Below are positions 17,412-27,725 of a stretch of DNA of 64,000 nucleotides, in pieces. The DNA is from an uncultured bacterium. Its GTDB lineage: Bacteria > Cyanobacteriota > Vampirovibrionia > Gastranaerophilales > Gastranaerophilaceae. Under the pieces are notes generated by a model that saw only the letters and a list, made by a program, of their open reading frames with translations, had not been told where the DNA came from and did no database searches. Where the stretch lies: positions 38,613 to 102,612 of the forward strand of contig CABQAQ010000008.1 of assembly GCA_902462155.1 (NCBI GenBank), given 5' to 3'. The position numbers and the translations under genes were made by a program. How positions within the stretch are numbered: position 1 is the first letter of the stretch; the number at the start of each line of letters is the position of its first letter.

Positions 17412-18992
17412 GTGGATAGTTCAAAGGAAGGAGAAAAAGTGAAAAGAGTTAAAAAATTTTTTGCAATTCTTGCAGTTTTTAGCTTATTGATTTCTACATC
17501 AATAGCAAAGGAAGTGAAAGCTAATGATGTTTCATCAAAAGAAGTAAAGATTTCTCAAGTATGTGACAACAAAGGATGTAAGCATAAAGATAATACTTGT
17601 AAGAAAGATTGCAAAAACCACAAAAAATGTATGCCAAAGGTAGAAGCATACGCACATCCTACATTGTTTAATTCTCAAGTATATCAAGCTGTAGATGGTA
17701 AATCAGTGTATATGATGGGTGAAAAATTAAAGAAATCACCTAATAAAGTAACTGTAAAAAATAAAAATAATGTTCTTATTTCATCTTGGGCAAAAGATGT
17801 ATTATCAAAAATAAAAAATCAAAAACCAATGCCAGTAGGTATAGAATTTAATAATAAATTACCTATTTTACGTTCTGAGTTAGCTGTAGTGTTATCAGAA
17901 GCTTTTAATTTACAAAATGATCAATGTACAAAAGAATACTCAGATATTAATTCTAGCTATTGGGCAAAGAATTCTATATATAAAGCTTTAAATTCTAGCC
18001 TTATGATAGGTTATCCGGATAATACTTTTAAGCCAGATAGGCCTGTTACAAAAGCAGAAGTATTTGCAGTTGTAGCAAGAATTGTTGATGTACCTATAGA
18101 TAAAAGTCTTAATACACCTGTATTTAATAATAGACCTATAAAATATATTCCTGTATGGGCAATAGGTGCAACAAAAGAAGTTGTAGGGTCACAATTATTA
18201 GAACAAATCCCTCAAATAGACAAAGTAAATAATGATGAATATCTATCAAAAGAACAAGTAGCTTATTTAATAGGTGCTTTAAGATATGATCTATACTTTA
18301 AAAAATCATTAAATGTGGATAAAAATTCACCTGTAAAAGTAGATAGATATACACCTGTTTGTATACAAGTAGAAATAAAAGATAGAGTAAGTGCAAAACA
18401 TTCTAATATTGGTGATAAGTTCAAAGCTAAAACATTGAATAAAGTATGTATATATAATAAAGTATTTGAAAAAGGATCAATAGTAACAGGTGAAGTTGTT
18501 GAAGTAAATAGACCTGGTATAAATAATTGTGGATTTATAAAGGTTAAATTTTTAAACATCAAAAATGGTGATATATGTGCAAAATTCCCTGAAAATATTT
18601 CAGATGCAGATGCAAAGAAAATAACAAATCCAAACTTTATCGCTAGAATATTAGGTGCCCCATTCTCAACTTCTGCTAGAGTAGTAGGTGTGACAGGTCG
18701 TACAGGTGCAGCAATTGTAAATGTAGTAGGTAACGGTTTAGAAAAATATGGTGATGAATTATCAAATACATTTGTAGAAACTTTCTCACTAGAACCAGTA
18801 TCAGGCTTAAGAAGTTTTGGATCTAGTTTTGTAACTGTAGGTAAGGGTATATTTGATATTACTAAACTAGCTGTAAGTGGTGCTTTTGGTGTAGTTTATG
18901 AAGTCGTTGATGAAGTTGTTTATCTAGTACTTCCAAGTAAATCTAATGACTCATCATTAAATCCTGGTGAAACTATGAATATTATTTTCTAA
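17412..18992 (+). CDS. secreted S-layer-homology (SLH) domain protein
   Basis: Signal peptide KKFFAILAVFSLLISTSIA. SLH domain YSDINSSYWAKNSIYKALNSSLMIGYPDNTFKPDRPVTKAEVFAVVARI. The likely true start is the GTG at 17439, 5 nt after AAGGAGA. Confidence 0.75.
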   Translation: MDSSKEGEKVKRVKKFFAILAVFSLLISTSIAKEVKANDVSSKEVKISQVCDNKGCKHKDNTCKKDCKNHKKCMPKVEAYAHPTLFNSQVYQAVDGKSVYMMGEKLKKSPNKVTVKNKNNVLISSWAKDVLSKIKNQKPMPVGIEFNNKLPILRSELAVVLSEAFNLQNDQCTKEYSDINSSYWAKNSIYKALNSSLMIGYPDNTFKPDRPVTKAEVFAVVARIVDVPIDKSLNTPVFNNRPIKYIPVWAIGATKEVVGSQLLEQIPQIDKVNNDEYLSKEQVAYLIGALRYDLYFKKSLNVDKNSPVKVDRYTPVCIQVEIKDRVSAKHSNIGDKFKAKTLNKVCIYNKVFEKGSIVTGEVVEVNRPGINNCGFIKVKFLNIKNGDICAKFPENISDADAKKITNPNFIARILGAPFSTSARVVGVTGRTGAAIVNVVGNGLEKYGDELSNTFVETFSLEPVSGLRSFGSSFVTVGKGIFDITKLAVSGAFGVVYEVVDEVVYLVLPSKSNDSSLNPGETMNIIF

Positions 18993-19020
18993 AATTTTTT
19001 AGAATAATAGATTAAATAAG

Positions 19021-19060
19021 AAGATAGGTTTATTAAATTTAATAAACCTATCTTTTTATT
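19021..19060 (+). terminator. rho-independent terminator
   Basis: Perfect 34-nt palindrome aagataggtttattaaa / tttaataaacctatctt followed by TTT.TT. Confidence 0.75.
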
Positions 19061-19163
19061 TTACTTTTAAATTTTAAATTAATTAATCTTAATATTTCGT
19101 ATTTTTTTTTCTAAAGTATGCTTTAATTATAATTGTAATAATAGAAATAAAAGGAGAAATAAT

Positions 19164-19859
19164 ATGCAAGGACTAGGCTTTAGAATACAGACACAAAATA
19201 TAGATAACAATTTACAAAAAGCAAAAAACTTTATGTCTCAAGGAAGATACTCTAAAGCAGCTAAAGAATATGAAAGTGCCGCAGAATCGTTGTCAACTCC
19301 TGATTTTGTTAAAAATATATTACCAACTATGAAACAGTTAAGGCGTAATAATCAATATGAAGGTAGTATGTTACAAAACGATCTTCATAATTTATCTAAA
19401 TATAAAGGCGAATTATACAGTAAGGCTAGCAATATGTATACCCTAAAAGCGAATAACTTATTTACAGAGTCTAAAAATAAAAATATTGACTTGAATGAGC
19501 AGCTTGAAAAAAATAAAAAAGCTATTAAATATTATGAAAAAGCTCTTGGTACACCGCAAATATCCAAAGAAGAAAGTTTAAATTTAATGGATAAACTATC
19601 AGTATCTTATAATAGACAATATTTGCTATTAAATAAAAAAACTCCTACTCCTAACGATGAACAAAAAAAGGAGATTAAAAACTATCTTGCAAAAGTTATC
19701 CAAATGAATACTTTACTAGATAATTCTACTGATAATAAGACAAAATACAAAGATAGAAATAGAGCAGCTATAAATAAGATGTTAAACCTTTGTGTAGATA
19801 ATCCTAAAGAATACGATATGTATGTTTTAGAATTAAGTAAGATTGAATATAATCTATAA
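19164..19859 (+). CDS. hypothetical helical (TPR-like) protein
   Basis: 231-aa ORF with a good ribosome-binding site (AAAGGAGA). No motif recognised. Confidence 0.5.
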   Translation: MQGLGFRIQTQNIDNNLQKAKNFMSQGRYSKAAKEYESAAESLSTPDFVKNILPTMKQLRRNNQYEGSMLQNDLHNLSKYKGELYSKASNMYTLKANNLFTESKNKNIDLNEQLEKNKKAIKYYEKALGTPQISKEESLNLMDKLSVSYNRQYLLLNKKTPTPNDEQKKEIKNYLAKVIQMNTLLDNSTDNKTKYKDRNRAAINKMLNLCVDNPKEYDMYVLELSKIEYNL

Positions 19860-19870
19860 AATATTACAAA

Positions 19871-19899
19871 AAAAAGCGATTGATTAAATCGCTTTTTTT
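19871..19899. terminator. bidirectional terminator between convergent genes
   Basis: aaaaagcgatt-gatta-aatcgcttttt, with an A-run upstream and a T-run downstream. Confidence 0.6.
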
Positions 19900-19923
19900 A
19901 TTTTAAAAGTGTTTATAAAATTA

Positions 19924-20928
19924 TTAATTAATATCCCATTTACCACAAGTACCACCCCAACGTGCAATAATATTTCCTTTAATATCTTTAATAGAACTAG
20001 GATGTTTATCTTGAAGTGTACCTTCAATAATGGTAATAACTTCACAATTATTAGCACAATCCGAACAAGCATTTGTAATAGAATTAAAAGTCATATCCCC
20101 AACTTCAAAACCTTTAAATTTAGTTTTTGTTTGATTATATTGATAATTTTCCATAGCAAGTAAAGCGGCCCCAATAGCTCCCATAGTCTGGTGATTTTTA
20201 GGTACAACTATTTTAGTATTTAAAGCTTCTTCAAAAGCTTTAACCATACCAAGATTAGTAGCAACACCACCTTGAAAAGTCACTGTTGGAAGAATTTCTT
20301 TACCTAAAGCCAAATTACTTAAATAATTACGAACAAGAGCCTGACATAAACCATAAAGTAAATCCTCAACAGGATATCCAAGTTGTTGTTTATGAATAAG
20401 GTCACTTTCAGCAAAAACTCCACATCTACCAGCAATTCGAGCCGGTGATGTTGATTTTAAAGCTGTTTCTCCAAATATTTCAATAGGAACATTTAATCTG
20501 GAAGCTTGCTGATCTAAAAAGCTACCAGTACCTGCTGCACAAACGGTATTCATAGCAAAATCCGTAACAATTCCATCTCTTAATATAATAATTTTACTAT
20601 CTTGACCACCAATTTCAAGAATAGTCTGAACCTCAGGAATATAAGTACTAGCAGCTACTGCGTGAGCTGTTATTTCATTTTTAATAACATCTGCTCCTAC
20701 AAGTGCCCCAGCTAGGTTTCGACCTGACCCTGTTGTACCTACACCTTTTATGTTGTAATCTTCACACCTTTGATCATATAAAGTTTTCATACCTGTCTGT
20801 ACGGCCCATACAGGTTTTCCTGAAGTCCTTAGCATATAACTATCTATATATTCTCCATTGTCATCAACTAATGCTAATTTAGTTGTAACTGAGCCTACAT
20901 CTATACCTAAATATACATCTAATGGCAT
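19924..20928 (-). CDS. BadF/BadG/BcrA/BcrD-type ATPase (2-hydroxyacyl-CoA dehydratase activase-like)
   Basis: 334 aa. GIDVGSVTTKLALVD, GTTGSGR and EIGGQDSK actin-fold ATPase motifs. Extra Cys-rich C-terminus (CSDCANNC...RWGGTCGKW). Confidence 0.7.
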   Translation of the reverse strand: MPLDVYLGIDVGSVTTKLALVDDNGEYIDSYMLRTSGKPVWAVQTGMKTLYDQRCEDYNIKGVGTTGSGRNLAGALVGADVIKNEITAHAVAASTYIPEVQTILEIGGQDSKIIILRDGIVTDFAMNTVCAAGTGSFLDQQASRLNVPIEIFGETALKSTSPARIAGRCGVFAESDLIHKQQLGYPVEDLLYGLCQALVRNYLSNLALGKEILPTVTFQGGVATNLGMVKAFEEALNTKIVVPKNHQTMGAIGAALLAMENYQYNQTKTKFKGFEVGDMTFNSITNACSDCANNCEVITIIEGTLQDKHPSSIKDIKGNIIARWGGTCGKWDIN

Positions 20929-21017
20929 TATTTTATCTTCTCCAACTTTTTATACTATTCTAAATTTATTTTGAATATATCAAAAAAAAACTTCTTTTAC
21001 AAATGTATGTAAACTTC

Positions 21018-22520
21018 CTATTTTAATATTTTAGCCGAAAAAACATTCTGAACGTGCTCTTTATCATCAAAATGTATTGTTTTATCCGCTAAAATTTGAT
21101 AATCTTCATGACCTTTTCCAGCTACTACAATAATATCATTTTTATTAGAAATTTGTCTTAAAAATTTTATAGCGTTAGCTCTATCAGGCTCCACAAAAAT
21201 ATGGTCTGTATTTATAGAACTAATCCCTGACATAATATCAGAAATAATCGCATTAGGATCCTCGCTTCTTGGATTATCCGAAGTGATAACAACTTTATCA
21301 GCTAATGAATCTGCAATATGAGCCATTTTAGGCCTTTTTGTTGCATCTCTGTCACCTCCACAGCCAAAAAGACATATTAATTTTCCATCAGCTTGTTTTA
21401 AATCCGAAGCTGCATTTAATACATTCTTTAATCCATCAGGTGTGTGGGCATAGTCTACAATAACTAACGGATCCTTATTTACAACTTCAAATCTGCCAGG
21501 TACATTTTCTACTTCTGATAAAGATTCCCTGATATCTTGAATATCAAATCCAAAACATAAGGTCGTTGCTATTGCACTTAAGGCATTATATACATTAAAC
21601 ATTCCATTTAACTTTAATTTAAATTCTATATTCTCATTTTTATACACACACGTAAATAACACACCATCAGAATTGAATTTTATATCTTTTGCTGTTACAT
21701 CACTTTCCTTTTTTACACCATAAGTTAATAAGGTTACTCCATTATCGGGTAATATATTAATAAATTTTTCTGCATATTCATCATCATTATTAATAACAGC
21801 AAAATCATTTTCCCTTAAATTTTTGAATAATAAAGCTTTAGCATTAAAGTAATTATTCATAGTAATGTGATAATCTAAGTGATCTTGAGTAAGGTTTGTA
21901 AAAACAGCTGCTTTAAAAGAACATCCCCCAACACGATTCTGATCCAAAGAATGAGAACTAACTTCCATTGCTACAAATGGTAAATTATTCAAACGCATTT
22001 GATTTAATACAAGCTGCAACTCAGGTGCTTGAGGTGTTGTATGACACGTACAATGATATATATCATCACAAGACATTTTATAACCTAAAGTACCTATAAG
22101 ACCACACTTCTGACCATTTTTAAGTGATTTCTCAATGATATATTGTATTAAATGTGCAACTGTAGTTTTTCCATTTGTACCTGTTATTCCAATTAAATTA
22201 AGATCTTTAGACGGATAGTTATAGAAAATAGAACATATATCTGCCATAACCTTTTCCGGATAGTCAACGATTATCTGAACAGTATTGCTTATATTTTTTT
22301 CTATTAATTCTCTTTGACATAGAAAAGCTACAGCTCCATTTTTGAATGCCTCTAAGGCAAAGTTATGAGAATCTAAATGCTCTCCTTTTATACATACAAA
22401 TAAATCACCTGGTTTTGTTTTTCTAGAATCATATGATATGCCACTAATTTCTATATCTTTATTATTAACAACTTGTAAGTTATTAATTTTTAATTCTTCT
22501 ATAATTTTTTTTAATTTCAT
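21018..22520 (-). CDS. murE: UDP-MurNAc-L-Ala-D-Glu:meso-diaminopimelate ligase
   Basis: 500 aa. GITGTNGKTT P-loop and the DNPR motif (TSDNPRSEDP) associated with meso-DAP specificity. Confidence 0.9.
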   Translation of the reverse strand: MKLKKIIEELKINNLQVVNNKDIEISGISYDSRKTKPGDLFVCIKGEHLDSHNFALEAFKNGAVAFLCQRELIEKNISNTVQIIVDYPEKVMADICSIFYNYPSKDLNLIGITGTNGKTTVAHLIQYIIEKSLKNGQKCGLIGTLGYKMSCDDIYHCTCHTTPQAPELQLVLNQMRLNNLPFVAMEVSSHSLDQNRVGGCSFKAAVFTNLTQDHLDYHITMNNYFNAKALLFKNLRENDFAVINNDDEYAEKFINILPDNGVTLLTYGVKKESDVTAKDIKFNSDGVLFTCVYKNENIEFKLKLNGMFNVYNALSAIATTLCFGFDIQDIRESLSEVENVPGRFEVVNKDPLVIVDYAHTPDGLKNVLNAASDLKQADGKLICLFGCGGDRDATKRPKMAHIADSLADKVVITSDNPRSEDPNAIISDIMSGISSINTDHIFVEPDRANAIKFLRQISNKNDIIVVAGKGHEDYQILADKTIHFDDKEHVQNVFSAKILK

Positions 22521-22525
22521 ATTAT

Positions 22526-24274
22526 TTAACCTCGTTTAGTCTTATTCTTATCATTATTATTCCCGGATACTTTATCAGGTGGTATATTTAGAATTCTTGC
22601 AGTTTGGATAGCTATTTCTCTAAAAATAGGAGCAGCTACTGTAGAACCCCATATAGCCTCACCTTTTGGAGAATCTACTACTACATAAATTAATATTTGT
22701 GGATTACTTGCTGGTAAAAATCCAATAACAGAAGTATATAAAGTATTAGAATATCCCTTTTTCTTTTCAAGAGGTTTTCTTGATGTTCCGGTTTTAGCTG
22801 CTACAGTGTATTGGTCTAATTTTACAGGTGATTCTGAATTTTCTATACTTTTTGTCAGAATTTTTGTAATTATTTTTGCTGTTTCTGGCTTTATTATCTG
22901 CTGCCTTTTTATTTTTAATTCTTTTTCTTCTTCACTATATTTTATTATATGAGGCGTTGTCATTATTCCATTATTGGCTATACAGCTTACAGCATTTACC
23001 ATTTGTATAGCTGTTACAGAAGCTCCATAACCATAACCCATAGATGCTTGAGTAGATTCATCCCAATTTGTGTATTTGGGTAATAAACCTACTGATTCTC
23101 CCAGTAAATCAATACCGGTTTTAGAACCAATTCCGAATTTTTTTAGCATATTATAATACTGATTTTTTGGCATCATTTGGGCTATTTTTATACTACCCAC
23201 ATTACTTGAATGTTGAAAATAATACACTAAATCTATATAACCTGGATTTGGATGTCTTGAATAATCATAATTTTTGATTTCCCAATTTCCAATTTTTATT
23301 TTTCCGGTGTCATTTATTTTTGAATATTCATTTAATACACCAAGCTCAATAGCTGATGCTACTGTTAGAATCTTAAAAGTTGAACCTGGTGGATATACAT
23401 CTGTTAATGACCAATTTTTAAGTTCTAAAGACGTTGCCTTTTTAAAATTATTTGGATTATATGTAGGATAAACAGCATAACCTAAAAGTTCCCCATTTTT
23501 AGGATTCATTACAAATGCCGCACCTCTTAATGCTTGTTTCTCTTTTATTATTTTATATAATTCTGATTCACATATATGCTGAATCGCTGAATCAATAGTC
23601 AGTGTAACAGTACCTCCAATTGCAGGTGTAGTTGTTGCAACCGGATCGGTTAATATATCATAGATAATATCTCCTTTGGGTGTCTTCTCAAATTGAATAC
23701 GTTTATCTACACTTTCTAATTTGTTTCTGGCTATATATTCTACCCCAGCTGATAAATCTGCATCAGCATTATAATAACCAAGTATATGCGCAGCCATAAT
23801 ACCTTGTGGATAATTTCTATCGTTTTGTTGTTCTACACTTATTTCTCTTAATGATAGCTTTCTTACTTCTTGTGCGGTCTTTTTATCCAAATCTTTTTTT
23901 AATAATATTACGGGTTGTTTCTTGCTTAAGTTTTTTTTTAATTCTGTCTTTGAGATCTTTAAAACAGGTGATAATTTTTCACTCAATTCGTCTATTGAGT
24001 GATCATAATCCCTTGTAATTGCATAGATTCTATATGTTGTATTATCAGAGGCTAATTTAATACCATTCCTATCTACTATCTGACCTCTCATTACAAGACC
24101 CATAGCGCTTCGTTGTCTTTTTGCTTTTGGTCTATACTTTCTTATATCTACTACTTGCACTAGAAAAAGATATATTATTAGCATTATTGAAAAAATTATT
24201 GATAATGCTTGCCATAACATAAGTTTACGATCAAATTTTTTAAATCTAATACGTTCATCTATATTGTTTTTCAT
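22526..24274 (-). CDS. ftsI: class B penicillin-binding protein / division transpeptidase
   Basis: 582 aa. N-terminal TM anchor, then SxxK (STFK), SxN (SSN) and KTG (KTGT) motifs. Confidence 0.85.
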   Translation of the reverse strand: MKNNIDERIRFKKFDRKLMLWQALSIIFSIMLIIYLFLVQVVDIRKYRPKAKRQRSAMGLVMRGQIVDRNGIKLASDNTTYRIYAITRDYDHSIDELSEKLSPVLKISKTELKKNLSKKQPVILLKKDLDKKTAQEVRKLSLREISVEQQNDRNYPQGIMAAHILGYYNADADLSAGVEYIARNKLESVDKRIQFEKTPKGDIIYDILTDPVATTTPAIGGTVTLTIDSAIQHICESELYKIIKEKQALRGAAFVMNPKNGELLGYAVYPTYNPNNFKKATSLELKNWSLTDVYPPGSTFKILTVASAIELGVLNEYSKINDTGKIKIGNWEIKNYDYSRHPNPGYIDLVYYFQHSSNVGSIKIAQMMPKNQYYNMLKKFGIGSKTGIDLLGESVGLLPKYTNWDESTQASMGYGYGASVTAIQMVNAVSCIANNGIMTTPHIIKYSEEEKELKIKRQQIIKPETAKIITKILTKSIENSESPVKLDQYTVAAKTGTSRKPLEKKKGYSNTLYTSVIGFLPASNPQILIYVVVDSPKGEAIWGSTVAAPIFREIAIQTARILNIPPDKVSGNNNDKNKTKRG

Positions 24275-24278
24275 CTTA

Positions 24279-24788
24279 TTAATAACCTATAGACCATTTT
24301 AGCTTGTTTCTTTTGGCTATTTTATTCTGCAAGTGGCTTTGAGATTCTTCTAATATCTGTGAATCTTGAGTCTTTATTATTTCTGTATCATTATTACTTG
24401 TTTTTGTATTTGAGGGATATTCTACTTCTATTACTTGTTTTGCTGTATTAAGTAAATTCTTATTCTTTATTGTTTTATCTACATTATAAAAAGAACTTAG
24501 ATAATCTAACTTATTCTGAAGTTCTATATTTTCTTCGGACACAGAGATTATTTCTTTTCTTAATGTATTAAGTTCTATTTCACTTGAGGTAACAAAATAA
24601 TAACTTATAAGCGTAACAATTATTAATAAACCAATAAGTAAACATAATGTTTTATTCACTTTCGTAACTGCAAGCTCCTTATATATTCTGTACTTATCAA
24701 AATATCCTCCAATAATTTTGTTATCATCAGGATAGGTGTATATTCTTCTAAGCTTTTGATTTTTATTATTAACTTTTAATGCAACCAA
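24279..24788 (-). CDS. ftsL: FtsL-like cell-division protein
   Basis: 169 aa. One TM helix followed by a coiled coil. It sits in the conserved position between rsmH and ftsI. Confidence 0.5.
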   Translation of the reverse strand: MVALKVNNKNQKLRRIYTYPDDNKIIGGYFDKYRIYKELAVTKVNKTLCLLIGLLIIVTLISYYFVTSSEIELNTLRKEIISVSEENIELQNKLDYLSSFYNVDKTIKNKNLLNTAKQVIEVEYPSNTKTSNNDTEIIKTQDSQILEESQSHLQNKIAKRNKLKWSIGY

Positions 24789-24833
24789 TTTTAATATTCC
24801 TTTAGTTTGTAAAAATAAATTATATTATTAAAA

Positions 24834-25766
24834 TTATATTCTTTGAGCAATTCTAAGTTTGGCACTTCTAGAGGCTGGGTTGTTAAATATTTCTTGATCT
24901 GTTGGGATAATAGGTTTTTTGTTTATAAGTTTTAATTGTGCTTTTGGACAATTACATATCGGATCATTTGGTTTACAATTACAATCTTTTGATTTCATTT
25001 TAAAAACCTCTTTTACAACTCCATCTTCTAAAGAATGAAAACTTATAACACTTATTATAGCATCAATACTTAATAATGGTATAATATTAAGTAAACTTAA
25101 CTTTATATTCTGTAATTCTTGATTGACTTCTATCCTAATAGCTTGAAATACCTTTGTTGCCGGATGTATTTTACTTTTTATATGAGGGGTTTTTTCTTTT
25201 ATCAAATTTGCTAAATCTAAGGTTGTATTTATTTTTGATACTTTCCTTTTTTTTACTATTTCTTTTGCTATTGTTTTTGAAAATCTTTCTTGACCATAAT
25301 GCGAAAAAATTTCTACTAGCTTTTCTTCACTATATCCATTGACGACATCATAAGCTGTAATATCTTGATTATTTCCGAATCGCATATCTAAAGGAGAATC
25401 TTTTAAAAAACTAAACCCTCGTTTTTCGCTTGTAAGTTGATAATATGAGGCTCCAAGATCATAAATAATTCCTCCTGTTATTTCTTTTATACCCATTTCT
25501 TCTAGATATCTTGGGATATTTACATAAGAATCATTTATTATTGTAAGATTATTGTATCCTTTTAATCTTGAGGAAGCATATTTTATTGCATCCTGATCAA
25601 CATCAAACGCTATTAATTTTCCCGAAGGACTTATTTGTTTTAATATTAATTCACTATGTCCTCCACCACCTAAGGTTGCATCTATAAATATTTTATTACT
25701 ATTTTTAGCATTTAACGAATTACAAGTCTCATTTAATAATACTGTATAATGCTTAAATTCTGACAT
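24834..25766 (-). CDS. rsmH: 16S rRNA m4C1402 methyltransferase RsmH (MraW)
   Basis: 310 aa. HYTVLLNE and DATLGGGGHS motifs. Confidence 0.9.
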   Translation of the reverse strand: MSEFKHYTVLLNETCNSLNAKNSNKIFIDATLGGGGHSELILKQISPSGKLIAFDVDQDAIKYASSRLKGYNNLTIINDSYVNIPRYLEEMGIKEITGGIIYDLGASYYQLTSEKRGFSFLKDSPLDMRFGNNQDITAYDVVNGYSEEKLVEIFSHYGQERFSKTIAKEIVKKRKVSKINTTLDLANLIKEKTPHIKSKIHPATKVFQAIRIEVNQELQNIKLSLLNIIPLLSIDAIISVISFHSLEDGVVKEVFKMKSKDCNCKPNDPICNCPKAQLKLINKKPIIPTDQEIFNNPASRSAKLRIAQRI

Positions 25767-25767
25767 A

Positions 25768-26853
25768 TTAACTTTCTATCTGGGATAATTTTTCAAGTTT
25801 TAATTTTTGATCATGAGCTATAAGTAAATTAAGTAACTCATCTAAATCACCATCAATAACAGTCCATACATTAAGATTATGCCCTATACGATGATCTGTT
25901 AATCTTCCTTGAGGAAAATTATAAGTACGTATCCTTTCTGATCTATCACCTGTACCGACTTGAGATCTTCTTAAATCTGTAATCTCTTTCATTTGTTTCT
26001 GTACTTCCATATCATAAAGCTTTGCTTTTAATATCTGAATAGCTCGTTCTTTATTCTGTAATTGTGAGCGTTCTTCAGTACAAAATACCATTAAGCCGGT
26101 AGGTTTATGCACGACTCTTACAGCTGTTTCAACTTTATTTACATTTTGGCCTCCGGCACCACCCGATCTACAAGTTGATATATCTAAATCGTTTTGATTA
26201 ATCTCTATTTCTACATCATCGACTTCAGGCATAACTGCTACAGTTGCTGTTGATGTGTGCACTCTACCTTGACTTTCTGTTGCTGGTACTCTTTGGACTC
26301 TATGTACACCTGATTCATATTTTAATTTTGAATATACAGCATCACCTTTTATTGATAAAACTATTTCAGAAAAACCTCCAGCTTCGCATTCTGTTTTTGA
26401 CAAAATCTGTGTAGTCCAACCTTGTTTATCTGCAAATTTTAGATACATCCTGAATAAATCACCTGCAAATATATTTGCCTCATCACCACCAGCTGAACCT
26501 CTTATTTCTAACATAATATCCTTATCATCCATAGGATCTCTCGGTAATAATAATACCTTCATTTTTTCTTGATATTCTTCTATTCTCTTTTGATTCTGAT
26601 TAATTTCTTCTTTTAAAAATTCTCTCATTGTTTCATCGGTTTCATTTTTTAAAAGCTCATTTGCATCATTAATAGCTTCGTCTGCTATTTTAAATTTGTT
26701 ATATAACTCAACGGTTTCTTCCATTGATTTCCTTTGTTTTGATAATTCTTTAAACTTATTATAATCTTGGATTACTTCATTTTGAGAAAGTATAACTCCA
26801 AGCTCATTATATTTCTTTTCAATCTCGATTATTTTATCTATCATTTGTTTCAT
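25768..26853 (-). CDS. prfA: peptide chain release factor 1
   Basis: 361 aa. PAT codon-recognition tripeptide ([14 protein letters not shown]) and the GGQ motif ([11 protein letters not shown]). Confidence 0.95.
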   Translation of the reverse strand: MKQMIDKIIEIEKKYNELGVILSQNEVIQDYNKFKELSKQRKSMEETVELYNKFKIADEAINDANELLKNETDETMREFLKEEINQNQKRIEEYQEKMKVLLLPRDPMDDKDIMLEIRGSAGGDEANIFAGDLFRMYLKFADKQGWTTQILSKTECEAGGFSEIVLSIKGDAVYSKLKYESGVHRVQRVPATESQGRVHTSTATVAVMPEVDDVEIEINQNDLDISTCRSGGAGGQNVNKVETAVRVVHKPTGLMVFCTEERSQLQNKERAIQILKAKLYDMEVQKQMKEITDLRRSQVGTGDRSERIRTYNFPQGRLTDHRIGHNLNVWTVIDGDLDELLNLLIAHDQKLKLEKLSQIES

Positions 26854-26856
26854 TGC

Positions 26857-27564
26857 TTATATTTTCTCCATTGTTTTTTTTCTTCCGCAAGATTTCTCTT
26901 CGTCACAAAATCCAAGTCGATCACATTTTGCTACTAGATATTTTTTTAGCCAAGGCTCTTCTTTTATTAGTTCGTTACACATTTTTTGAACTAGTTTCCT
27001 TATTTCTAATTGGGCTCTAGTACAAAGTCTTAAATTAGCTAAATGAATCAATTCTCTTAAATTTAAACTGGCAACCATAGATGTTACAGTTGCATTTGGT
27101 AAGATTGCTCTTGCATCTTCGGCTTTTATTCCATTTTCTATCAGTTTTTGATAAAAATCAGAAATGTTTTTCATCATTATATCATATTCTTCTTTTAATA
27201 TATTATTGTTTAATATTGCCTGAGGTGTCAAATAATCAAATTGACCTTTTTCTGTTACATATCTTTGGGATTTCTGTGAAAAAGACATATGTCTGTGTCT
27301 TACTATCTGATGAGAACAGCTTCGTGATATATTTGATATTGCAAATGATACCTGGATATGTTCTATTGTTGAAAAATGACCTGATGAGATTACCTTCTCT
27401 ATTAAACTTAACATTTTTTCTTCATTTGATGTTTCTTGCTCTATTATTTCTATTGGTGATTTTGCACTATAACAAGTCCTACAGGCTGTATAGATGACTT
27501 TTAGCATATTATCCGGTTTTGATATTAATTTTACAACTGGTTCATTATTATTTAATATTTCCAC
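26857..27564 (-). CDS. thyX: FAD-dependent thymidylate synthase ThyX
   Basis: 235 aa with the ThyX signature RHRHMSFSQKSQRY. Confidence 0.9.
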   Translation of the reverse strand: MEILNNNEPVVKLISKPDNMLKVIYTACRTCYSAKSPIEIIEQETSNEEKMLSLIEKVISSGHFSTIEHIQVSFAISNISRSCSHQIVRHRHMSFSQKSQRYVTEKGQFDYLTPQAILNNNILKEEYDIMMKNISDFYQKLIENGIKAEDARAILPNATVTSMVASLNLRELIHLANLRLCTRAQLEIRKLVQKMCNELIKEEPWLKKYLVAKCDRLGFCDEEKSCGRKKTMEKI

Positions 27565-27725
27565 ACGTTTTTCCTTTTATCATTAGATTACTTCTTTTAT
27601 TTTATCAAGAAAATTTTTTCGTGTACATTTTATTTAAAATGTTAAATTTTTTAACATTTATTATAATAATATTAAAGAATATTTTATATATGACGTATAT
27701 AAAATATATGATTTGAAAGGAGGAA

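Noticed and set aside
27081-27497. 138-aa plus-strand ORF antisense to thyX.
   Set aside because: It is Leu/Phe-rich and low-complexity, has no ribosome-binding site, and lies fully inside a well-supported gene with the ThyX signature on the other strand.
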